From the NCBI RefSeq assembly GCF_963853765.1, contig NC_088861.1, positions 44,702,001 through 44,766,000 of the forward strand: DNA of 64,000 nt, read 5' to 3'. The notes under the pieces are model-generated. The model did not search any database. It was not told the DNA's origin and was given only the letters and a program-made list of their open reading frames with translations. Made by a program: the position numbers and the translations under genes. Origin of the DNA: Magallana gigas. Its lineage: Eukaryota. Shown here piece by piece: positions 12,618-33,600 of this stretch (the stretch's first letter is position 1; each line of letters opens with the position of its first letter).

Positions 12618-13382
12618 ACAACCATTGTCAGTAGGTATAATACACTAAACAACCATTGTATGTAGGTATTTTACACTATACAACCATTGTATGTAGGTAT
12701 AATACAGCATACAATGATTGTGTATAGGTATCATACATTAAACAGAAATTATATATAGGTATAATACACCATACATACATTGTTTATAGTTATAATACAC
12801 CATACAACCATTGTGTATAGGTATAAAGCAGTATACAACAATCTTATGTAGATGTTATACACCATACATCCATTGTATGTAGGTACGACAACCATACAAC
12901 CATTGTATGTAGGTATAGTACACAATACAACCATATAATGTAGATATAATACACCATACAACCATTGTTTATAGATATAATGCACCATACAACCATATAA
13001 TGTAGATATAATACACCATACAACCATTGTTTATAGATATAATACACCATACAACCATTGTATGTAGATATAATATACCATAAAATCAGTGTATGTAGAT
13101 ATAATACACCATACCACCATTGTATGTAGGTATAATACACCATACAACCATTGTATGTAGGTATAATACACCATACAACCATTGTATGTAGGTATAAAAC
13201 ACCAAACAACCATTGTATGTATTGCATGTATGATATAATTGTTGTATGGTGTATTTTACCTACATTCAATGGTTGAATGGTGTATTATACCTACATTAAA
13301 TGGTAATACGGTGTATTATACCTACATTAAATGGTAATATGGTGTTTTATACCTAAATTCAATTGTTGTATGGTGTATAATA
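12618..13382. repeat. 31-bp tandem satellite, right part
   Basis: Same unit, reverse orientation to about 13221, forward again from about 13234. Confidence 0.95.
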
Positions 13383-15184
13383 ACTCAGATAACTACAGGT
13401 ACATGTTTTTATCATTCTTTAAGTTGAGGTAAAAGGTAGTGACCTTGACGTGACTTTTATGAGAAAGTAAGGTCAAATTTGATTAAACTAATAGAATCAT
13501 TTTGTTATACGACCTGTTTGACTTTGTCAAAATTTCATGTACTTCCTATCATAAGTATGTTTGATAACGAGAAAACTTCTTCCTTAAGCTGGACTCATGA
13601 AATAAATCATCAATATAGTGTTATGATGTGATCAATCTGATGTGGTCAAATCCAGTAAACCCCGGGGAGCTTTATGATAGTTTTGATCACACCCCGACGG
13701 CATTTGATCCCCTCATAATATTCAAAGAATTCATCGTTATTACCTATATATTAATTTTCAGCAGTTACACGATCAAAAATCAAAATAATTATTGGTGGAA
13801 TGTATTGGAATATACAAAATTGATTTGTAGTGTTATCACAAAGACACTGGAAAAGTAGTTGACTATATTTCATCACTGGGGTATATGTATTGTAAATGAT
13901 CCTCATGAAACATTGAATGAAGCGTAACCATAAAGATTGTTCTCCTAAAACAAGTTTACAAACAAAATCACAAAGAGAACTCCTACAGTAGTTTAGTTTC
14001 TACTTTTTATTTGTCACTGATAGGTACATCACAGGAAACTGTTAAAACAAGGACCGCCAAAGTCAAAAATATACAAAGAAATAAAATACAAATGAAATAC
14101 CTTGATCATACACAGAGGATATGTCAGCTGATATAACAGTTACTGGGATTTATATATATATATGACTGTTGAAATTGTTAAGTATATGCTGTATAATGCA
14201 GTATGATAAAAGGTATTTTAGTGTCCTCCTTCTCAGTAAAAGATGTAACAGCCTCAACTAACTGCACAAAGATATAAATTTCACAATAAGTTAACATGCA
14301 AGAAATTTTATCATTTAATTTTCAATAAAAAATAAAAAACCTTTGTATGATTATTTCAATAACTAAGAAAAAAGTGTATAACTCAAACATTTATCAAGAT
14401 AATTAATATTAAAATTCTGTACAAATTTAAAAAGCAAGTTGTAAAGTCTTGTTTCACATGTAAAATTGAAACTTAAAAAAATCAGAGACATGTTATATTA
14501 ATATGATTTAATGCACAGTTTATTGACTGCCAATTAATTAAAAGGACAATCATCACTGATGTGATAACATTTCAAAACTTGGCATTACACTGTTAGTAAT
14601 AAATCTATCCCTTCAAATCTTTTACCCATGAACAACTCCCCCCTCCCCTCCCCAACCCCCCAAAAAATAAATATAAAAGAAACATGAACATCTCTGTCCT
14701 TGGCTTTTGGGGCAATCAAATGACCTTTAGTATGTATGATTTTGAGACATCTACTGGTATCATTAAAATCTGTGATCTTTACATTAATTCCCAAATTGTA
14801 CAATTAAACATTATTAAGTTCTTCAACAAAAGGGATAAATCTTAGTGCCTTCTTTAAACTAAACTGTAAGCATCCACAAGGTTGCCGGACAGAAACTCAA
14901 ATTGTACATAGACATAAGAATATCTGCAAACAATCTTCAAATTTTTATCAAAAGGCATAGGAAGTCTAAAATTAATAGAAATAGGCACCTATAAAAGTAT
15001 CCAAGTTTTCATATTTGTATTTTTTTTCAACATAAGCAATTGTCTTGTGTTTTGATCCTGAAGAGTCTGTAGATGGCAAAATGATAAAAAAAAAAAGTTT
15101 GATTGAGACAGTAGTTCATGTAATAAAACCAGTGTGTTTAATAAAATATTTTATTCTTACACCAGTTCATACTCCAATAGCAAT

Positions 15185-15187
<3 letters not shown>

Positions 15188-15270
<83 letters not shown>
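15188..15270. repeat. (CT)n microsatellite in the probable FAM76 3' UTR
   Basis: Read directly from the sequence. Confidence 0.97.
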
Positions 15271-15273
<3 letters not shown>

Positions 15274-16879
15274 GTGTATTGTTTCTTGACTTGTGAGATA
15301 AACAACAAAAATTTGTCAAGCTGAACTTGCAAGACATTAAAAGAGTTTTAAAAAGCATTGGCAAACACTTGCTAAAAAGAACATAAAATGAACGCAGCTG
15401 ACTCTTAAGAACAAAAATTCTCAGCCATGCACTTTATTAAACATTTTGATTTATATGTACATGAACAATTGCACCAAAATATAAATGCTCACAGTGATCT
15501 AAAATGAACTATATGTACAACCCCTGACTTCACCCAAACATGTAAATTCTCCAGACAATTTAGCACTGTTTGTTCATTCTAATACCAGCTGGTACAATTA
15601 AATGACTGTCATGACTCTCACATTCATCCTCACCCTACCCACGGTACAAAACATGCATGCTTTCATACACTTGAAACTATTTCACACAAGGAATAAATAT
15701 ACATGTTAATATACAACTGAACATGTTCCACAACTGCTCAATTCTTAATGCATTTGGTATTCAACAAATATTGTAAAATATTAATATTCAATTAAACATT
15801 CATTTTGCTAATTGAAATTTATTCTACTTGCAAACCTTCTCAGTATTAAAGCAAGATTAGTTTATATCAGTATGATATTTTTAAAAAATATTTGAATCTA
15901 ACTAAAGATTTTAAACATTCGCTTACCAGTTAAAAATGAATTATGTAAAGATTTGAAGTTCTATGAAGTCTAACCCTTAGATAACAATGTTCCAAGCATT
16001 TTTTGCATGGAACAGTTACACAGAGATTTGACAGATACCAAGATACTGGTCACAACATGTCTACCCATTCAATCTAGTGGACAATGTCATGAGAGGTAGG
16101 TCAAGGTCGCAGATTCCAAACTCAAGGTCATGCTTGGTCATATTTGCAAGTACAGTTCTTACTTCTGTTGTTAAAAGAAAGTTTTCTATTTGCTCCTATT
16201 AGGCAAAACACCATTTTTACCCCCCCCCCTTTTTTTTTTAACTTGTGACCTTTTTCTCAGCCCCCCCACCCTTTTGGCATTTTTCAATTAATAAAATAAT
16301 ACAACACTTAAAGTTAGTACAAAAATCATCTGTTTCCAAGTTTTTGACTGATTTTTTTAAAGCTATCCTTCAAACCAAGACACCTATCTTTTTTCATAAA
16401 ATATAAACTTTCTGCAGCCAAACAAATAATGCTTTTAAATTATCAATTAAAACATACACAAAATTACATATTGCCTCTTAAAAGGTAAAAGTTAAAAAAA
16501 AAATTGAGTATAATACAAATACATAATTCATAACAGAGATAAATACACAAAGAACACACATATTATCCGTACTTCCGTGCCGGTAGATGATACTTGGGTT
16601 TACTTAAGCTGAGCAATAAAACCACTTATCTACGAAAAGCTCGAGTTACAAAATCTGTGTCACAACCAACTTAGAATTGGCGTCAGAAAACCGAAATCAC
16701 AACAAAACCAGTACGCTGTAGGAACGTCCAACAACAATGGCGTCGACTGGTACCCCTACCTCCTGATTGTGTCCTCAGGCTCGTGTCCTCAGGCTCCTCA
16801 ATTGTTCCTCCGCCTCCAGGTTTTGCTCTACATCCCTGGCCCAGGACTCTCTCTCTCTCTCCTAATACCATCCCTAGTG

Positions 16880-24621
<7,742 letters not shown>

Positions 24622-24642
24622 ATGGAAGAGTCATATAACTTG
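24622..24642 (+). CDS. CEP57: CEP57 putative first coding exon (MEESYNL)
   Basis: ATG followed by a perfect TTG|gtaagt donor, phase 0, next to the shared promoter. Confidence 0.55.
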
Positions 24643-27600
24643 GTAAGTTTTTAAGTTTTTGCAATTAATTATAGTGTTTGTCTATTTACATATACGTGTT
24701 ATGCTTTCTGCTAAATTAATAATCTTCAGGTCCATTCATGTCGGCTTAGTTCCGAATTTCTTCTGCATTTTACAATGATAAACGTTTATGGGTACTTGAA
24801 ACAAATATTTTTGTGATAAAACTTTTGTATGTTACACCTGTCAGGGACACTAACACCGTTGCAGTAGGTACCTTAACAATGTATGACCATCCTATGCAGA
24901 GTTCTTGAAATCTTTTTTCTGCTGTCAGTCATTTGGACTTATTCTCTTTTGAGAAGTGGACAGGCATAGCCTACATCCACTTCTCTTCGCAAGCCCTCAT
25001 ATATTGATTCTGGAAAACGTATAAATGTCGGAACCAAAGATGGTTTAGGCTTCGACCTATGTTTTGACTCCAGTTTCCCTGAATTTTCATAACAGACCTA
25101 TTATTTCTTCATTTTAAACATTAATGCATGCATATATCACAAAACAGTAATTTATTCCAGAAGACATCATACTTGCCAACTGACCCGATTTCGTCGGGTC
25201 ACACCCGATTTTTCTAACATTCACGATTAATTTTTATGACCCGGCGGGTCATGCTTTTTACCCGATTTTTGTTGAACAACCCTAAAATCTCCAGATTTCC
25301 AGATTTGGTTCTTAAATTACGTTGCTTGTTTGACTTCCAGTTACGAACCCAAGCTGCAGTAGTTACGATTGCCCAAGCTGAGCTTGGATTTACGTAAACA
25401 ATGCCAATGGCTATAACAAACACATTAAGTGTTAATTATTATCGTGAGTTGTTTTGACTTACCGAAGGTTTAAATCATTAAGTGTGATGGCTTCCAATAA
25501 GAAAAGGTCTTCATCTGGGCCAGCGGAATCAAAACCAACAAAAAGAAAACGATATTTTTGTACCTATCAACATTTCTGGGAAAATGAATTCCCATAGGTA
25601 AAACAAAGTAATCGAGTACAAAACGAGGCTTTATGTGTTTTATGTAACACACATTTGAATATTGGATTTTGTGCCCAAAATGATCTGACTAAACTTTCAA
25701 AAATGCCAAGTCATGTATAAAATGCTTTTTAATACACAAAAGTCTTCCAAGTCACTTACAACTTTCATGCAATCATTTACAAAGTTCAAAAGCAAGGTTA
25801 ATGTAGCAGAAACTCTTTTTGCATTTTTTTTTTAGCTGAACACAACCTACCATTTTCTGTGTCAGATCACTTTTAAATACAAAATTCAAAATCAGCAACT
25901 GTTAGTTAAAATGCTTATTTGCAATAAAGTATTACACATAAGTTTTAACACATATTTCTTTTGTATATACCTATGAAATGCATGGTAAATATGTCGTGAA
26001 TTCATGTCGTTACGCGCAATGACCAGATTTTTTACCTTCCAAATCTGGTCATGACCAGATTTTCACATGTTGGAGGTTGGCAAGTATGGAAGACATAAAA
26101 TTAATGATTTAAACTGGTATTCTTGTGTATATTTCTGTGTATCGCAATAAAAAACATTCACTGAAAACCCTGCTTCAATCATGGTAAAAAGTGTACATAA
26201 AAAAAAAACGTAAGGAGACGACACGCGCCATCTTGGATTTATAGGGGGGCCCTCGGTTCATGCTATGATTTAAACAAGCTCTCCAATTTCTCCAAGTGAT
26301 TTCTGATGAGATCTAGGTTGGACAAAGATCAAAAGTTTTATTCCTTTCGCCTGACTACACATGTTACCCACATTATAAACGCAACTTATTAATATCATCG
26401 TGAACTAAATACTCGCCAATCGAAAGTTTACATTCAAGTATATAATTACTGAGGTGTTCAAAAAACGTATGATCAGTCTAGAGAGAACCAAAGATTTGGG
26501 CAATCATAACTACTGCAGTCTTCACGAAAACTTTTCAAACCTACTGGCCAGTAGGACCAGTGAACTTTCTGATTTTAATGCCCCCCCCCCCCCCAAAAAA
26601 AAACACTTTTATTGGCCCCTTCATTTAAAAATAGATACAAGAGCAGATTTGGAGTTTTTTTAGTGGCTTTTCCAGGCACTGCATCTTCTCTGTACTTCTC
26701 AATGGCGGCAGTTTTTTGGCCTTTGTCGTGTTTAAGTCAGTTGTTCGTATTAGATATTCGTGCATTTTACGTACTATAGTTAAGAGTTACGTCTAAATAA
26801 TAGGACCATGGACCTAAATACATCCCTGATACGACACACAAACACATGTTGTGCTTTTGTTATTTAATTTATTTATTACATGAACGCAGGTGTAAATATT
26901 TTTGATTGTGTATGACTTTGAAAATTTACAAGCCCATTGGACTTCTTGACTTTCAATTTGCACTAACCTGACATCAAAATTCACTGGCCGCGAGTTTTCA
27001 TGAAGACTGACTACTTGGCCATTTCTGCTGGCAAAATTTGGAAATGGCCGAGTAATTAAGATTGAAATCCATAAATAACTCCTCTAGATTTATCGTATGC
27101 ATTTGGATCTCCTCAGTGATTACTAGAAGAGTTTGCATCAACTTCTTTGCTTTTGTACGCTATTTAGTCGTATTTTTGCAAGTTCCTGTCAACATCTACT
27201 GGTCATTTGGACTGACAAGTATCCTAAAGTAATCGGTCCTTAGTTATTTTTATCGGTCTTGCCGACAGGACCGATAGATTTCAAGAACTCTGCTATGGAA
27301 AAAAGGGAGTGGCGTGTTTAATTTCTGCCAGCAGCTTTTTCTCTCTGTCCTATGTCCTTCATTGCAACACATAATAAAAGTCGTGTTCATCAGAGCAAGT
27401 GCTTGCAAGCACTTGCCAAAATCACATATATCTGCAACACAAATTTGTTGAGCTTGCAAGCACTTGCCAAAATCACCTATATCCGCACCACAAATTTGTT
27501 GAGCAAGAATATGTTTTATGGTGTTACAGCATGATTGCAGGAAAGCTTATATAAACACAGTGACATTTTCACTGTCAATTTGCATCCAAAGATTGATTAG

Positions 27601-30600
27601 ATTCATTGGAAAAGCACACAGTTAAATTTGCCTATCTAAGTATTCATTATGTTAAATGTTATATGTTTAGAGTACATTATGATATTATATGAGAAAAGGA
27701 AGACATCATCAATGATTTCCAACAAAGTGCAAATTTGAAAAGATAAAAAGACCCGTTGTAGAATAAATGCTTGTGAATTTGATGGGATATTTTTCGATAT
27801 TAAGTTGCCTCAGGTTCTGTAGTATTCTGTGTTGTGTAGATGTACAGAGTAGTGAACTTGATGAACATCACAGAGATTATTGAATGTTTGTACTGAATAT
27901 AACTATGGGCATAGCAGGGTTGTCTCTAAAAATTGAAGTAGAAGGGAGAAATAAAAAAGTAGACGGGGATCTGGAGGTCTAGCTTATAGCTAGATTGTGT
28001 TTGAAATGCAATAATAGCCGGGTAATTACGTCACTTTAGGCGGGGAAATTCCCCGCCTCCCGGGTCTTAGAGACAACCCTGGCATATAGTTTACATGTCT
28101 GTCATGTAAGATATTGATAAAAACATTAACAACAGTTCCTTTGTAAAGTGGTAGCTGACCCTGTATCTCCCACACTCTGCACAAAAAGTGCACTAGCTAC
28201 CAGTCTTATTATGAAAAAATTTATTGTGTTAGTTTTCACAGTTAGATATGCAAGTTTGAGATGTATATATACGGGCAATTCCTGGTAATGGGTTTAATAA
28301 GAATGCTGTCTTACGTGTAAGTTGACCAAAAATTAGCTAACGGAGGTCCAGTTTACATTTTATTATTTATGACGCTCTTGAAGTTATGGTTGAAATTGTT
28401 ACACCATAAACCCTTTACAAACATAATAAGCCCTCAGCAAAGAATAAGAGGGAAAGTTCTTATCTGAAATTAAAATGAAAATGGGTTGATATTTCTGGAT
28501 ATGAGTTTGAGGAAACAATCTCTTGAGACCACTTTATGACATTACATTTATTGAATATTTTGACAAGGGACATTTGGAGCTGATAGGGGGCTTTCTTGTG
28601 AGACAGAAGTGATGATAATGTAGAGAAATGTCTCCAGTGCATGGTTATAGCAATATCTGCCACCTGTCTTGTATATATACGAGTACAGTCTACTGAATGT
28701 GGATCACTCACTGCCTGCCCGCCGTACAGTATGGGGGTGTGTAATGATTGAATGCAATAAAACAAAAGTAAAAAGCAAATAGTTGCGCTAGTTTTATGAG
28801 ATTTTTTGACTCTCCCAATTTCATTACCTTTGATTTAAGGCAGTCATATGGAATTATATAATTTGTAATAATTCTTTGATAAATGGTGTATTGGACAGAG
28901 AGAAAAAGCCAAGTAATAGTATACGATACAATTTAGAATCCTTAGTGACTTTTTTCTTTAGTTGATATTAGATTTATAATATATTTCATAGATATTCAAA
29001 GCAAATCTATTTAGATAGACATTAAATCAATGACTTGTAGATTGTGAATTTGTATGAATTCATGAATGCCAGCATTAGAAAAGATTATCAATAGTGTATA
29101 AAATCTGGAATTTGAAAGGGTACACCAATGATGGCACTTTTTTCATGGCAAATATTACAAAATCTTCAAATTAATTAAAACCTGCCGAGTGGATACTTTG
29201 AGATATGTAGCAAGTGATACCTAAGTTACTGTACAATGCATGCAGTGTGTGTATATAATTATGTAATTTTGTAATATCAGCATTCCCCAATCAATCATAC
29301 CTCAAGAAATGATAGAGTCAGGGGTAAATTAATCCCAAGTTAAATAACGGCAACCCAACTGGATTAACATGCATTGTAACAGTTAAATATGTGCTATACA
29401 AATTAGATTAGCAATTCAAAAAAACTGTATCGGCCCCTAGGATCAACTGGTTGTTTTAAAATTCAAAGAGATTTTTTTGAAGAGGAGATGGACTGATAGA
29501 GTTGGGAATAAGTTAGACTTGAAACAGGAATATTTAAAATTTGAGGGTATTGATTCACAACTCGTTGGCTTATGTTATCGGGCATTTGTTCGGAACGTAG
29601 AAACAAAGGATTATTGAGGTGCGAGATCAAAGTCATTGTCTTTACAACTTGTGTATCTTACTCGAACATTGCACGGGCTGTAGACTGTACCTGGGTTACA
29701 GGCACAGAAGTACGACGAGATAGGAATATGTTTTATTGTCGTATTTATTTTTCTGTGACTGTGTCTGCATTGATCGTGTGATGTGCTACAGTGTATATGA
29801 AAGGAATTTAGTTCATACAGAGGAAATATTTCTTTTACTCGGGAAATTCAATGAAAAATAAGTTTGTTGTTAAATAGACTTTTTTAATAATCAAATTTTT
29901 GTGTGCATTATACTTTGGTGCGTTTTTTTTTTTTTTTGTTACTAGTATAGTATCGATACAGATTCTTCGTGTGCATAATTCAATTTGTGGCATTTTATGG
30001 AAAACAAATTACCCGCACCTTAACTTGAATTTTTAATCTTGGAACCAATAACTCTGGCTTATATTGCAAACAGGATCTTTAAAAGGCATTCACATTTTTC
30101 TTTTAATAAAAAAAAAATTCTAAAGATCGGACATTAGAGAGCCATCATGACGGAGATAATGGATTATTTAATATCTCAGGTGAATCAGGGGCAGCAGAAA
30201 TTTGAAATCACAGTGTCGCCCAATAGGCAGAAAGCAGCAAAGGTAAGAAAATCGACAGGTAATCTATTGACCGTGGATTTAGCACTGCTGCAAGTGTAGA
30301 CAGGGTCCAGATGTTATCTAGCGCGAGTCAAATAGGCATGTCACTTATCCGGGGCTGCATTTACTAAAGAGTGTCAATTAATTACAGGGGGAAAATAACT
30401 CGGAGTCAGTGAATTTATTTTTTGACTTTATCTCAGTTGCATTCAGTATTGAGTGTAACAACTAGGGAGAAAGTTGTAGCGGCCAGAAATTTGCCATTTT
30501 TATTTGACTGTGCAAGGATTGAGATTTGTCTTTGATTTTGTGAGGATAGATTTGTGCCATACATTAAGTCTGGTAGAGTATCTTCAGTTTTAAAAATCTT

Positions 30601-33600
30601 TTCTACTGCGTGGATATATTTCGACTGCTTGGATATTATCAAGGATTTTAAAAAATGCCAGTATATACTATAAAAGACTTAGTAGAGGCAACTCAAATTC
30701 AGGTAATAGTAAAATCTAGTTGTTAGGTTAGAGGAACTTGAATGTAAACTATTGTACATGTATATTGTATAATGTGCAAAAAGATGTATTTCACAAAATT
30801 CATCAAATTGAATGTTATATATTGTATTTGTCAAAATATAATGCGTTTTATTCCATGTTAACTGCATGTACCATTGCTGCATTTTGTACATGCATACATG
30901 TACAAACAAATTTAAAAACTGAATTTTTTTTTGCAATGAAATTGGACTTCCAAACAAGAGAGCATTGTGATGTTGAGATTGCCTAAATCAGTGGCATTTT
31001 CGTTACTTGTGGCAAATTTGGAAGTGATTTAATTCCTGGGTTTGTGACTTGTGTATTGTTTGAAATAAGACACAGTTAAGTTCTGACAGACAGATGAATT
31101 AATTGTTTAAACCTTTATGTCAGGTCATCCAATCGATATCTGATACTGATTGTTTTTTAATGCATTGCATTCAAATTGCCAGGTAAATAGAAGTTTCTTA
31201 TAAGTCTATCAAATGAATTCTGCTCATAAGGAGAGAAATCATTCAAATCAACCCAGAACAATACCAGATTTAGTAATAGATATTCATTTCAATCATTAAA
31301 CATGACCCTAGATGACATGATCAAAGATCATATGGGTCACTAATCTGTGACCTTGACACACTTATCTCCAAATATTTCTCTGTAAATTCTCACACACATT
31401 AAATCCACTTTGCCCTATAACAAAAATGGCTATAAGCTCTATCTGTTCTTACAGTATTTATCAACTGAATTGAAATTAGATGTTAGATCAGCTCGCTAGG
31501 AACATGTATATGCATGGCCCATTTGATATTATTTCTGATATATATATGTATTAATGTAGTAATTTTTTTGATTTGATAATTTTTAAAAAAAAATAGGGGG
31601 TTGACTACAACTTAAGTTACTAGGCTCGAACTCTGGACCATACAGTTAAAAATCCAAAGCTTGACCGACTGAGCTAAAAGATTAGCCCTGACTCCTAAGC
31701 CTGAAAATCTTTGTCACAAAAATATTAGGGCACTAGCTGTATAGGTGAGCGTTCTCACTTGGTTGTTATGGGGCACTGACTGAGCACTACTCTCACAGAG
31801 CCCAGATAAGGCAGGGGGCGTGCTGCACAGTGCAGCCCAGAGAGTAGAGGTAGGAACAGCTTGTTTGTTCTGTGTAATTTATATCCAAACCTGCTATAAT
31901 CTAATTGATCTTAGGCAGTGACTGCTGTCAAATTGTCAAGTTGTTGAAACATTCAATGTGTGGTAATGCAGGCCCCTGTCTTTGCACAGGCTAATCCAGG
32001 CTACAGTTAAGATGAATACAAGTGGTTCTATTTCAATTCTTATCACAATTTAGCAGAGTTCCTTAATGGTAGATTTGTGTTTATAAGTGGGAGGGGTGTT
32101 GTTGGTTAGGAACCTGGGTTCAAACCTCATTGTTGACAAATTTTAAATACATACAGGGTTCCTCAAGGGTTCAGAGTTTGACTTAATTGTTAAAAGTAAG
32201 TCGCAGGACTTCTGTGAATCAGCATATTTTGTCTTCTTAAGTATTTGTAAAAACAGGAGTTATCTTTTTTCGATGATTGCTCTATTTTCATTGATCTTGC
32301 ATGTCGAACAAAGGGTAAAAAACTGCATGGGAACCTCTTATAGTCAAATGGAATGTATGACAAGAAGAACAGATCTCAACTCCAGGCTACATTTGTACTG
32401 TCTGAATAGATACTATGAAATAGAAATGCTACTTCAATGTAACAACTGTAGGTATTCTCACCGCTAAGTTACCACTGTCATTGGTTAGCATTGGTTAGTG
32501 CATTTCACGGCAGCATGACCGCAGTCTACAAACAGACAGAACCAATCAGATTCATAGACTTTGTTACACTTGCAAGAAGGAGACCAGAAAATCTTTGTTG
32601 TTCCATATACTTAGCTTTAATTGATCTCATATACTTTTACTCCTTTTTATATATGTGTTATAAAATCCATGCCATTCTTTTAAATGAATAGAGGCTTTAA
32701 TGTGCATTTCACATACCAGATAGGATAAAGAGATTGAAGTAGGAGAACACTTTTAATATGGAGAACTTGTTCAGAGCTATAAAGCTGGGTGAACTCTGTA
32801 ATTTGTGAATATATTTGTTGATCAGTTCACTTTCAAGGAATATAAAATTGCGAAAAGTGATTTCTGAATAATTTTGGAGACACAAGGGTTTGTTTTGCCC
32901 TGGAGTTGTGATATTTCTGCATGAGATGGTAAAATTTCAATAATTTCTTATCGATTTTCTGTCATACCCTAGCTGTCATGTCATTTATTTATTTTTAATT
33001 GTTTGTGCATGAATTTATTTGAAATGATAAATTACCCAGAACGGAAATGAATCGATGAGATTCTATGTTAAAATTGTATTCAGGTTCTGCCGTTTTTGAT
33101 TGTGATATTAAACAAAAGACTCATTACAAAGCCTGAATTGGTTAACTATTTTTTGAATATTTCATCGTCAGTGGGTGAAGCTATAATTTTAGAGTACTGT
33201 ATAACGGCATTGCATTTCTCCCTTCTGTTTATTTATAAGGAAACCACAAGTGTGAATTCAATATTGTATTTGCAACAACTGAGTTTGGTTTTTTCCTTTG
33301 ATTGTAAGATGTAAGCAGATTAGCTTTAATCTCATTAGTATGCTACGCTGCATTCATACATTGGACCCAACTTGTCCATATACCCAGTCAACGAGGTATA
33401 CCATATCATTAAAACAAATTCTGTTGAAGCTGAATGGGGGGCTCTTCTCCAATTTTTTCCTTTCAACTCTAAGTTCCTTTCCAGTTCCCGATTTTTAATG
33501 CCTAGTAGATGTATTCATTGATGATAATAAAAACTCTTTGATAACAGTATTTTCCATATAGCTGTCCCTTTAAATGGGGATAAAGGCCTTTCCCTGTAGA

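Noticed and set aside
6241-13382. CRISPR-like regular 31-bp repeats and the many MYGVLYLHTMVV-type ORFs
   Set aside because: Head-to-tail satellite with no unique spacers and no cas genes, in a eukaryotic context. The ORFs are translations of the repeat.
15138-15364. ERERER and LSLSLS ORFs (also at 50135-50356)
   Set aside because: Dinucleotide microsatellite translations.
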